Part shown: positions 17,516 through 26,681 of the stretch, one piece after another | Layout of the letters: the number at the start of each line of letters is the position of its first letter | Position numbering within the stretch: position 1 is the stretch's first letter | NCBI GenBank assembly: GCA_965613025.1 | Contig: CBFDUE010000004.1 | Coordinates: 11,411 to 75,410, forward strand | Length of the DNA: 64,000 bases | Source of the DNA: an uncultured bacterium | Lineage (GTDB): Bacteria; Desulfobacterota; DSM-4660; Desulfatiglandales; JALVMZ01 | Direction of reading: 5' to 3' | Translations under genes and position numbers: made by a program | Notes under the pieces: generated by a model | The model's database searches: none | The model's input: the letters and a program-made list of their open reading frames with translations, nothing else | Told to the model about the DNA's origin: nothing

Positions 17516-18901
17516 ATGAAAAGAGACAGGAACTTTGAGACAGAGATAGAGAAGATAACACCCGAGGGAAAGGGGTTGTGTAGGATTGATGGGCTGGTGG
17601 TGTTTGTAAAGAGGGCTATCCCTGGGGAGAAGGTAGTTCTAAGATTATCTAAAAAGAAGAGGAGTTATGCAGAGGCAGAGATAGTAGAGATATTAAACCC
17701 ATCTCCATATAGAAGATCCCCCTTCTGCCCATATTTTCCCCTCTGTGGGGGATGTCAATGGCAGCACATAAGCTATGATGCACAGCTCCAATATAAGCAT
17801 GAGCTCCTCTACGAGGCATTAAACAGGGCGGTTGGGATAAACAGAGATATTATTCTACCCATAGTGGATTCACCTGAAGAATTTCACTACAGAAATAAGA
17901 TGGAGTTTTCTTTCTCAAACAGGGTATGGAATATGCAAAGGAAAGATAGAGATGATACTGAATTTGCATTAGGGCTTCATGTATCTGGCACATATTATAA
18001 GGTGCTGGATATGGAAGGGTGTATGCTTCAGTCCCAGATAGGTGATCTGATCTTAAGGAAGGTAAAGGAATGGGTAAGAGAAAATCGCCTCTCTATTTAT
18101 GATATTAAGAGGCATGAAGGTTCTCTGAGATATCTTACACTTAGATATGCAAAAGGAAGTGGAAAATGGATGGTGGTGATTGTTACAAAGAGGGAGGAAT
18201 CTCATAGCCTAAGGAAGTTGGTAGGGCCTCTAAGAGATGAGATACCATCCATACATACAGTCATTAATAGTATCAATACAAGGAAAGCAAATATAGCGGT
18301 TGGAGAAAGAGAGATACTGCTTTTGGGCGATGGTTATATTCAAGAGAGGATAGGAAGATATATGTTTAGGATATCTTCCAATTCCTTTTTTCAGACCAAT
18401 TTTCTTAATCTAAAAAGGCTCTATGATCTGATCCTGGAGCTATCAGGACTAAAGGGAGGAGAATATGTCCTGGATCTTTACAGTGGCACTGGCACCATAT
18501 CCATATATGTTTCAGAGATTGCAAGCCATGTTTTGGGAATTGAGCTGGAAGAAAGCGCTGTTAAGGATGCATGGGAAAATTGTAAGATAAATGGTGTGGA
18601 AAACTGTAGTTTTTTTAAGGGGGATATACTCAAGATTCTACCCCATGTAAGGATATCTCCAGATCTTGTGATAATGGACCCTCCAAGGGCAGGTATGCAT
18701 AAAAGAGTTATATCCATGCTAAGGGATATGGCTCCCCCGGTGATGTTATATGTGTCGTGCAATCCCACCACCCTTTCAAGGGATCTTTCCTTACTGAAAG
18801 AAGATTATGCAATAGAGCTGATTCAACCCATTGATATGTTTCCCCAGACTCATCATGTGGAAAGCATCGTGCGTATGGTAAGAAAAAGGAAGGTGAGATG
18901 A
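17516..18901 (+). CDS. rlmD: 23S rRNA (uracil-C5)-methyltransferase RlmD/RumA family
   Basis: TRAM-like N-terminus, Fe-S cysteines (CPYFPLCGGCQWQH), and SAM-MTase motifs (DLYSGTGT, MDPPRAG, VSCNPTT). Confidence 0.85.
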   Translation: MKRDRNFETEIEKITPEGKGLCRIDGLVVFVKRAIPGEKVVLRLSKKKRSYAEAEIVEILNPSPYRRSPFCPYFPLCGGCQWQHISYDAQLQYKHELLYEALNRAVGINRDIILPIVDSPEEFHYRNKMEFSFSNRVWNMQRKDRDDTEFALGLHVSGTYYKVLDMEGCMLQSQIGDLILRKVKEWVRENRLSIYDIKRHEGSLRYLTLRYAKGSGKWMVVIVTKREESHSLRKLVGPLRDEIPSIHTVINSINTRKANIAVGEREILLLGDGYIQERIGRYMFRISSNSFFQTNFLNLKRLYDLILELSGLKGGEYVLDLYSGTGTISIYVSEIASHVLGIELEESAVKDAWENCKINGVENCSFFKGDILKILPHVRISPDLVIMDPPRAGMHKRVISMLRDMAPPVMLYVSCNPTTLSRDLSLLKEDYAIELIQPIDMFPQTHHVESIVRMVRKRKVR

Positions 18902-19884
18902 GGAGTCTTAAGATTGGAGATATCATTTTGGAAAACTGTCTTTTAATGGCACCTATGGCAGGAATAACTGATCCTGCATTTAGAGCTCTTATAAGAAGGA
19001 TGGGCGCCTCATTGGTTTTTACTGAGATGATAAGTTCTGTGGGGTTAGTAAAGGGAGATAAAAAGACACGGAGATATCTTTTTACTGAATCCTCCCAGAG
19101 GCCTGTTGCATTCCAGATATCTGGTTCAGATCCTAAGACCATGGCAGAGGCAGCGATCATCTGCCAAGAATCGGGTGCAGATCTGGTAGATATCAATATG
19201 GGATGCCCTGCAAAGAAGGTAGTAAAGAAGGGCGCAGGAGCTGCACTACTCAGTGATCCTATAAGGGTTTATAAGATAGTATCTGAGGTAAAAAATGCCA
19301 TATCCATACCTCTTACCTGTAAGATAAGGGCAGGGTGGAATAGCTCAGAGTGCGGGATAAGGGATGTAGCAAAGGCAATTGAAGATGGGGGGGCAGATGG
19401 AATAATCATACATGCAAGATATGCCGATTGGGATTTTTCAAGATCAGCAGACTGGAGCCATATCTCTTCTGTAAAAGCCACTGTAGATATTCCTGTGATA
19501 GGAAATGGGGATATATTCAGCGTGGAAGATATATTTAAGATGAAAGAGAAGACTAAATGCGATGGAGTAATGATTGCAAGAGGGGCCTTAAGGGATCCAT
19601 GGATATTTAAGAAGGCCATAGACCTTAAAGTCAGTGGAAGATATATGGAACCCCACATAGAAGAAAAAGGAAGACTCTTTTTTGAATATGTAAAGACCCT
19701 CAGAAGATTCTATGATGAAAGAGGACTATTATTGAGGTCAAAAAGGATCCTGTTTATGATCACAAAGGGAAGTGCAGGAGCAAGGAGATTTAGAGAGAGG
19801 ATCTCCCATATAGAGGATATGGAACAGCTCTTGGAGATCTTTAATAATTATCTGTCTGAATTTAAAAGAGATAATAAGGAGTGA
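18898..19884 (+). CDS. dusB: tRNA-dihydrouridine synthase
   Basis: LMAPMAGITDPAFR, DINMGCPAKKV and a TIM-barrel Dus pattern. 4-nt overlap with rlmD. Confidence 0.88.
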   Translation: MRSLKIGDIILENCLLMAPMAGITDPAFRALIRRMGASLVFTEMISSVGLVKGDKKTRRYLFTESSQRPVAFQISGSDPKTMAEAAIICQESGADLVDINMGCPAKKVVKKGAGAALLSDPIRVYKIVSEVKNAISIPLTCKIRAGWNSSECGIRDVAKAIEDGGADGIIIHARYADWDFSRSADWSHISSVKATVDIPVIGNGDIFSVEDIFKMKEKTKCDGVMIARGALRDPWIFKKAIDLKVSGRYMEPHIEEKGRLFFEYVKTLRRFYDERGLLLRSKRILFMITKGSAGARRFRERISHIEDMEQLLEIFNNYLSEFKRDNKE

Positions 19885-19888
19885 TGTA

Positions 19889-21628
19889 TTGAAAGTCAAG
19901 CTGGCAAGGACAGCCGGGTTCTGCATGGGGGTTAAGAGGGCAATGGACATGGTATTAAGTGAGGCCTTAAGAGGTAATGGCCCTATCTATACCTATGGCC
20001 CCCTAATCCATAACAGACAGGTCCTTCAACTCTTGGAGCAGAAGGGGATATACTTAATAGATGATGTATCAGAGTTAAAAGAGGGGGTGCTTCTTATAAG
20101 GGCTCATGGAATACCACCACAGATAAGAGAAAAGCTAAGATCCTTGCCTTTAAAGGTGATTGATGCCACCTGTCCCAGGGTTGCGAAGGTTCAGGCAATT
20201 ATTAGATATTACAGCAGAAAGGGATATAAGACCGTTATCTTTGGTGAAAGGGAACATCCAGAGGTAATAGGTCTTTTGGGGTATGCAGAAAACGGTGCCC
20301 ATGTTATAAATTCTCTTTCAGATATTATGTCTCTTCCATCAAAAGGACCATATCTTCTGGTTGCCCAGACAACACAGGAACTCGGCCTCTTTGATGAGAT
20401 AAGTAAGGCCTTTAAGGAGAGATTTCCCGACTCTCTTATTATTAACACCATATGTGATACAACAGTTGAAAGGCAGGAAGAGGTGAAGAGGATATGTTCT
20501 GAAGTAGATGCCATGGTAGTGGTTGGAGGATATCATAGCGGAAATACAAAGAGACTTGCAGAAGTTGCAAGATCCACTGGCATTCCCACATTTCATATTG
20601 AAAGGGCAGATGAACTCCCCATTGATAAGCTATCTCACATGAAGATAGTGGGCCTTACTGGAGGAGCCTCTACCCCTAACTGGATAATAAAGGAGGTGCT
20701 TCAGAGGCTGGAGCGTATATCTTCCTATAGGGAATTGGGGATATGGAAAGGGATGAAGAGGGTTATGAGCTTTTTTTCTAAGACAAATATGATGATATTT
20801 TTGGGTGCACTGTCCCTTTCCTATGCCATTAAGAGGTTCTGGAATATGCCCATAGATGGAAGGATGTGTCTTTTAGTATCTCTATATCTTTACGGATTGC
20901 ATCTGATTAATAGGTTTTTAGATAAGGGCTCAGGCACATATAATGAGCCAGATACAGCAAGATTTTATAACAGATACAGAAAGGCCTTTGTGCTGATCTC
21001 CTCACTCTGTATTCTATTTTCACTTATACTGGCCTATAATATTGAAAAGATGGCATTTTTAATATTAATCTGCCTTACAATGATTGGTCTAGCATATAGC
21101 CTCTTTATCATACCTTCCTTTCTTCCCATACTTGGAAGATACCGTAGCATAAAGGATATACCAGGTTCCAAGACGCTATCCATACCAATTGCCTGGACCA
21201 CTATGATAGGGATTCTACCTTTTTTAGAATATGGAAAGATTACCCTGTCCCCTATACTTTTGACATGTTCCATTGTATTCTCTCTGATATTTATAAGAAC
21301 CTCTCTCTTTGATATCTTCCATATACAGGGGGATCTTATCGTAGGAACAGAGACTATCCCTGTAATTATTGGAGAAAAGAATAGCCTTAAGATTATTGAA
21401 TATCTTTCAGCCCTTATGATTTTGCCACTGTTTTATGTATATATCAGCGGAGTGGTTAGATCGCCTGAAATTCTCTTTTTTATCCTATGCTTTCCATATG
21501 CTCTGCTCTTAGTAAATATATACAGAAAGGGGTGGATATATCCTGGATTGAGGCTTGAGACTATGGTAGATGGAATCCTTATTCTGCCTGGAATACTTTC
21601 AATGATCTGGAATATTCTATTAAAATAA
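19889..21628 (+). CDS. ispH: IspH (HMBPP reductase) fused to a C-terminal UbiA-like polytopic membrane domain
   Basis: Residues 1 to about 280 form a complete IspH with the three cluster cysteines (GFCMGV, DATCPRV, NTICDTT). Residues from about 290 to 579 carry about 9 predicted TM helices. UbiA-like loop motifs are LINRFLDKGSGTYNEP (after TM2) and FDIFHIQGDLIVGTETIPVIIG. TTG start 7 nt after AAGGAG. Confidence 0.8.
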   Translation: MKVKLARTAGFCMGVKRAMDMVLSEALRGNGPIYTYGPLIHNRQVLQLLEQKGIYLIDDVSELKEGVLLIRAHGIPPQIREKLRSLPLKVIDATCPRVAKVQAIIRYYSRKGYKTVIFGEREHPEVIGLLGYAENGAHVINSLSDIMSLPSKGPYLLVAQTTQELGLFDEISKAFKERFPDSLIINTICDTTVERQEEVKRICSEVDAMVVVGGYHSGNTKRLAEVARSTGIPTFHIERADELPIDKLSHMKIVGLTGGASTPNWIIKEVLQRLERISSYRELGIWKGMKRVMSFFSKTNMMIFLGALSLSYAIKRFWNMPIDGRMCLLVSLYLYGLHLINRFLDKGSGTYNEPDTARFYNRYRKAFVLISSLCILFSLILAYNIEKMAFLILICLTMIGLAYSLFIIPSFLPILGRYRSIKDIPGSKTLSIPIAWTTMIGILPFLEYGKITLSPILLTCSIVFSLIFIRTSLFDIFHIQGDLIVGTETIPVIIGEKNSLKIIEYLSALMILPLFYVYISGVVRSPEILFFILCFPYALLLVNIYRKGWIYPGLRLETMVDGILILPGILSMIWNILLK

Positions 21629-21635
21629 GGGATCC

Positions 21636-22580
21636 ATGCCTCTGGTCTCTGTAATAATTCCCACATTTAACAGGGCAAGATTGGTAAAAAGGGCAATCAG
21701 CTCTGTGTTGTATCAGGATTTTAAAGACTATGAGATAATTGTGGTAGATGATGGATCTCAAGATGAGACATCCTCTGTCTTAGATCGCTTTAGCAGGTAT
21801 ATAAAGATAATCAGACACAAGAAAAATATGGGTGTATCTTCTTCCAGAAATAGCGGTATCAGGGCATCTTCATCCCCCTTTTTGTCATTCTTGGATTCTG
21901 ATGACTACTGGTTTTCAAAAAAGTTAAAGATTCAGACTGAATATATGTTGGAGCATCCGGATTGCAAGATCTGCCAGTGTGAAGAGATCTGGATAAGAGG
22001 GGGCAGGAGGGTAAATCCTAAAAATATTCATAAAAAGGAAGGGGGTTATATATTTGAAAGATCTCTAAGGCTATGTCTTATAAGTCCCTCTGCGGTGATA
22101 ATTAGAAGGGAGCTATTTGATGAAGTGGGCCTATTTGATGAGGAGCTTCCAGCCTGTGAAGACTATGACATGTGGCTTAGGATCTCTTCAAAGTATCCTG
22201 TGCATCTTATAAAGAGATATCTTTTAGTCAGGGAAGGGGGGAGGCAAGATCAGCTATCTTACAGAATAAAGGGTCTTGATAGGTTCAGGATAAGATCCAT
22301 GGTAAAGCTCTTAAAGGAGGGGAATCTGGATAAAAGGCAGATAACTGCTCTTTTAAGAGAGCTAAGGAGAAAATGTGATATCTATGGAACAGGGTGTATA
22401 AAGAGGGGAAAGATAGAGGAGGGGAATTTCTATCTTTCCCTTCCTCAAGTTTTAGAGTGGCATCTGATTAGTTCAGGACTTATCCAGGATCACCACATCC
22501 AGCCTACCTCCAAGGGCTTCTTGGATCAGGAAGATATGAAAGATCCAGCCAGAATTAATTTCTATCCAATACTCTCCTGA
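21636..22580 (+). CDS. family 2 glycosyltransferase
   Basis: VSVIIPTFNRARLVKRAISSVLYQDFKDYEIIVVDDGSQDET and a DSDD motif. The last ~35 codons read through an antisense remnant of the MBL gene 3' end (see the repeat feature). Confidence 0.85.
   Translation: MPLVSVIIPTFNRARLVKRAISSVLYQDFKDYEIIVVDDGSQDETSSVLDRFSRYIKIIRHKKNMGVSSSRNSGIRASSSPFLSFLDSDDYWFSKKLKIQTEYMLEHPDCKICQCEEIWIRGGRRVNPKNIHKKEGGYIFERSLRLCLISPSAVIIRRELFDEVGLFDEELPACEDYDMWLRISSKYPVHLIKRYLLVREGGRQDQLSYRIKGLDRFRIRSMVKLLKEGNLDKRQITALLRELRRKCDIYGTGCIKRGKIEEGNFYLSLPQVLEWHLISSGLIQDHHIQPTSKGFLDQEDMKDPARINFYPILS
22243..22525. repeat. long direct repeat, copy A (intact GT2 3' end + remnant of the MBL-hydrolase 3' end)
   Basis: Aligns by eye with 30693-30983 at roughly 90% identity with one ~10-nt indel. 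The minus-strand reading of 22470-22525 gives IQEALGGRLDVVILDKS*. The genuine MBL C-terminus is FRDALQGKLDVVILDKS*. Confidence 0.85.
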
Positions 22581-25443
22581 CCTCTTTTAACATCTCTTTT
22601 AGATTAAAGGGCTTTCTGATTATCCCCTTTATATAGATACCCTCTTTTCCCAGATCCATCTCACCTATGGAGTATCCTGTGCTCAAAATCACCTTTATAT
22701 CTGGATCTATCTCAGAAAGCCTTTTAAGACATTCCTTTCCATCCATCTCAGGCATGATAAGATCTAAGATAACGAGATCCACCTTCTCCCTCTGATATAT
22801 CTCCAATGCCTTCTTTCCATTTTCTGCAGTAATCACCTTATATCCATATCTGCAAAGCACCTCTTTGCCCAGCTTAAGAAGTGACTCTTCATCATCCACA
22901 AATAAGATTGTTTCCTTTCCATAAGGCACAGAGGCATTCTCTTCAATATCCTTCTGGCTGATTTCCCCATTTTCACCTTTTATTACAGGAAAGTATATCT
23001 TAAATGTAGTTCCTACCCCAGGCATACTATCCACTGTTATATGACCACCATGAGCCTTAACTATCCCATATACAGTAGAAAGTCCGAGTCCAGTGCCTTT
23101 TCCTTCCGGTTTAGTGGAAAAGAATGGTTCAAAGATCCTGCTCATGGTCTCCCTGTCCATTCCACAGCCTGTATCAGATACCTTAAGCATCACATAGTCT
23201 CCCTTTTCAATACCAGGAATTTTCGTTGATATCTCCTCATCTAAGGAGACATATTTGGTCTCTATGGTGATCTTTCCGCCCTCTGGCATGGCATCCCTTG
23301 AATTTATTGCTAAATTTAAGAGTATCTGCTCGATCTGTATTGAATCACCTCTAATAAGGGGAAGAGACTCCGAGAGTTTAAGTTCAACACCTATTATCTT
23401 TGGAATGGTTCTCTCTATCAATTTCACTGCCCCTCTTATTTCCATATTTAGATCTATGGGACTCAGTTTTAACTCTGCCTTTCTGCTAAAAGTGAGGATC
23501 TGTTTTGTAAGTTCAGAAGCCTTTAAGGCCGCATTTTTTATCTGTTTGATTGCATTTATATCCTGCTCTGATCTTCCTTTATCCATTAAGAGAAGCTCTG
23601 CATAGCCTAAGATTGCATTCAGGATATTATTGAAGTCATGGGCAATGCCTCCTGCAAGGGTTCCGATGGCTTCCATCTTCTGTGCCTGAAAGAGCTGTAA
23701 CTGAAGTCTCTTCCTTTCGGTTAAATCTATTATAATGCCTCTATGACCTATTATATTCCCTTTTTCATCTCTAAATTCAGTTGCTGTTATAAGAGCCTCA
23801 ATGATCCTTTCTCCATTGCCTTTTAAAGCCGCTTCAAAGTCCTTTACAAAGCCCTTTCTTTTAATCCCTTCTTCAAATTTTATACACTCCTTTGGATCTA
23901 AAAACAGTTTCTGAAATTTTATTTTTCTAAATTTATTCCTGCTGTAGCCAAAGAGTTCCTCTCCTGCTGGATTCATTTCAAGAAATCCCTCTCCATCTTT
24001 ATAGACATAGATCACATCTTTTGAGGATTCAAATAGCTCCCTAAATCTTCGCTCTGATTCCCTAAGGGCCTCTTGAATCTTCTTAATTGGAGTAATATCT
24101 AAGAGAGAGGCTATATTCTTTTTGGTCCCTGGAATCATTCCGACAGAGATAAAAACGTTTTTTAAATTCTTTTCCTTATCTAAAAATCTGAATTCATATT
24201 CATGTGGAGCCATACTTGGATCAATCCTTCTTAGCCTTGCATATTCAAGCATCCTCTCTCTGTCATCTGGATGAACAAATTCTGTTAAGCTCATCTTTCC
24301 CTCAATCTCTTCTCTACGATATCCAGAGAGCTTTTCAAAGACCTTATTACATAATAAAATTGTGGTATCTTTATCCACAATAGTTAATCCGGTTCCTGAT
24401 GCCTCAAAAATTGCCTTATAAAAACTTTCAGATTCCTCTAAGGCCTTCCTCAAGCTGTTCAGCATCCTGTTAAAAGCCTGAGTCATTACCTTCAGCTCTA
24501 AATATGGCATCTCATCTGGAGGTGGAAGATCAAGATTATACTCTCCTTCTGATATCTTTTGAGCTCTCTCAGAGGCCAATTTAAGAGGATTTGAGAGTCT
24601 CTTGGCCAAGATCAGCGCAATTCCTATGCCCAAAGATAGGGCAGCTATTGAAAGAGAGAGAAGAATTAAAAGGACCTCCTTTTTGGTTTTTTCAAGCGGA
24701 CTCAGATCCGAAAACAATAGCAATCCTGAAAATATATCAAGCTTACTGATTAGGCCCTTCTTCTCTCCCACCTCCACTTCCACTGCATCTTCAATTAAAT
24801 GGGAATTATCTGGTAGGATAATCCTCTTCCCTGAAATAAGACCTATAGCATCTCTTTTTCCACTTCGGTAGTAGATCTCTCCTCTGGCTGTAAGTCTGAT
24901 ATCTTTTAGAAGCCCTCTGTCCTGGTCTAAAAAATAGAGACAGACCGCCCTTCCCACCTTTTCATATCTCCGCTCTATGGTTTTAGAAAGCAAAAGCAAA
25001 GGCCTTCCTTTAAAAGATTCAAAGAGTTCCATCTCCTTATCAGTGCTAAGAATTCTCTTAATTAGCTCTTTATGCAATTCGGAAGGGGAAGGAATAATGA
25101 GCTTATCCCTCTCAATAGTTCCTTCCACATAAAAGTATGCACCGTTCTCTGGAAAATATAGCATCTCCATTCTCTCTCTTAGCTGGGGAATTACCCCAAG
25201 CAACAGGGTAACCTTTATAGTATTGTCATTGATAAGGTTCCTAAGCCTTCCTTTTAATTGAGAGATCCTTAAAGAGAGAAGGGATTTAGCCTGATGTCTC
25301 TGGACCTTGAATTTTTCCCTAAATTCCCTCTCAATATGTCTTTTTAAAAGAAGATAGGTGATTCCAGAGGTAAAAGATATAGAGATTAGGACAACAATCA
25401 TAATTGCAGAGATCAAGATTCCTGAAAGGGATCTCTCTTTCAC
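22555..25443 (-). CDS. hybrid sensor histidine kinase (periplasmic sensor region, TM, HAMP, PAS x2, HisKA, HATPase, C-terminal receiver)
   Basis: H-box GGIAHDFNNILNAILGYAELL, G-boxes (VSDTGCGM, GTGLGLS), and receiver LVILDLIMPEMDG...RKPF. ATGA overlap with the upstream binding-protein gene. Confidence 0.88.
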   Translation of the reverse strand: MKERSLSGILISAIMIVVLISISFTSGITYLLLKRHIEREFREKFKVQRHQAKSLLSLRISQLKGRLRNLINDNTIKVTLLLGVIPQLRERMEMLYFPENGAYFYVEGTIERDKLIIPSPSELHKELIKRILSTDKEMELFESFKGRPLLLLSKTIERRYEKVGRAVCLYFLDQDRGLLKDIRLTARGEIYYRSGKRDAIGLISGKRIILPDNSHLIEDAVEVEVGEKKGLISKLDIFSGLLLFSDLSPLEKTKKEVLLILLSLSIAALSLGIGIALILAKRLSNPLKLASERAQKISEGEYNLDLPPPDEMPYLELKVMTQAFNRMLNSLRKALEESESFYKAIFEASGTGLTIVDKDTTILLCNKVFEKLSGYRREEIEGKMSLTEFVHPDDRERMLEYARLRRIDPSMAPHEYEFRFLDKEKNLKNVFISVGMIPGTKKNIASLLDITPIKKIQEALRESERRFRELFESSKDVIYVYKDGEGFLEMNPAGEELFGYSRNKFRKIKFQKLFLDPKECIKFEEGIKRKGFVKDFEAALKGNGERIIEALITATEFRDEKGNIIGHRGIIIDLTERKRLQLQLFQAQKMEAIGTLAGGIAHDFNNILNAILGYAELLLMDKGRSEQDINAIKQIKNAALKASELTKQILTFSRKAELKLSPIDLNMEIRGAVKLIERTIPKIIGVELKLSESLPLIRGDSIQIEQILLNLAINSRDAMPEGGKITIETKYVSLDEEISTKIPGIEKGDYVMLKVSDTGCGMDRETMSRIFEPFFSTKPEGKGTGLGLSTVYGIVKAHGGHITVDSMPGVGTTFKIYFPVIKGENGEISQKDIEENASVPYGKETILFVDDEESLLKLGKEVLCRYGYKVITAENGKKALEIYQREKVDLVILDLIMPEMDGKECLKRLSEIDPDIKVILSTGYSIGEMDLGKEGIYIKGIIRKPFNLKEMLKEVRRVLDRN

Positions 25444-26519
25444 TTTGCAATAACCTCATCCGCTGCCATCAGAATATCTTCTGGAATGTCAATTCCAAGC
25501 TCCCTTGCCCTTGAAAGATTAAATACAAGGGCATATCTTTTAGCATCTTCAATAGGAATTTCACCTGCCCTCTTTCCATTTAATATCTTAACCACCATCT
25601 GGCCAGCCTGATATCCCATTGCCCTGAAATCCACCCCTGCACCTCCAAATAGCCCTAATTTAACAAATGCATAGTTTATGGCCATTGAAGGGATAGAAAG
25701 ATGTCCTGTTATCCAGTTAAATATCTCAGGAGCTGTATAGGAATTTCCATATCTATCCTTAAGAAGTAAGGCTGCAGGATAGAGTGAACTTACATGAGGA
25801 TCTTTCCTGATCCTTCTTATCTCTTCCTTAAAATGCTCCCAGCTCTTCACCACCCTGATTTCAATCTTGCATGGTGGCTTTTCATCTTTTATCTCTTGCT
25901 CTATCTGCCTTATAAGGGCTCTACCTGTGGGAGAATACCTCTCTACGAGCACTACCACCTTATCTAAGGTGCCCAGGATTTTACTTTGCACCTTCAGGGC
26001 ATCAATAAAATGTAGCTTTTCATAGACCCCTGTGATGTTATGCCCCGGCCTCTCTCTTGATTCAATGCACGGTATTATCTTGTGATAGTATTCCGGTTGA
26101 AAATTCATTCCTGAAAATACAATGGAAATAGATGTATCCACCAAGCTCAACCCCACATATCTAAAGGCATTGTCATCGAAGGTAACCAAAATATCCGGAC
26201 TGAATTCTTCAATAAGCCTGAGTGCGATATTGGCACGTTCTCTTATCTTCTCAGGAGTATTAAACCTCCTCTTTGTGTCCATATAAAATACCATAAAGTT
26301 CTTACCTTCTTTCAAGAGATATCCCGAATCTTCTATTGCCCTTACACATCCCTCATACTGCGGCTGACCGCATACATGACCCTTCTCATAGCTATGCACA
26401 AAGAAGATCTTTTTTTGATACAGTTGCTGACTGTGGCCATATGGACAGATAAGCGAAAAAAGAGATATTAATATAAGAGAGAAGGTTAATAAGACTTTCA
26501 CGGCAGATCCAAATTTCAA
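25440..26519 (-). CDS. periplasmic ABC-type substrate-binding-like protein (ABC_sub_bind/PF04392-like)
   Basis: Signal peptide, then a family-like pattern (IVFSGMN...RPGHNITGVYE, AGQMVVKILNGKRAGEIPIE). No ABC permease or ATPase is adjacent. It is co-transcribed with the hybrid kinase. Confidence 0.65.
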   Translation of the reverse strand: MKFGSAVKVLLTFSLILISLFSLICPYGHSQQLYQKKIFFVHSYEKGHVCGQPQYEGCVRAIEDSGYLLKEGKNFMVFYMDTKRRFNTPEKIRERANIALRLIEEFSPDILVTFDDNAFRYVGLSLVDTSISIVFSGMNFQPEYYHKIIPCIESRERPGHNITGVYEKLHFIDALKVQSKILGTLDKVVVLVERYSPTGRALIRQIEQEIKDEKPPCKIEIRVVKSWEHFKEEIRRIRKDPHVSSLYPAALLLKDRYGNSYTAPEIFNWITGHLSIPSMAINYAFVKLGLFGGAGVDFRAMGYQAGQMVVKILNGKRAGEIPIEDAKRYALVFNLSRARELGIDIPEDILMAADEVIAK

Positions 26520-26681
26520 AAGTTTAATTATTTATTTAAATCATTGAATTCCTTTTTTCAACCACTCTTTTTTTGCCTTGGTCTTGATTGTAGGAGCCTT
26601 CTTTTAACTTCCAAGATCTAAAATTTTCTCTACCAAAGGCCGATTAATTAAGAAAAGTCTATATATTTGGATCAGGAGATT

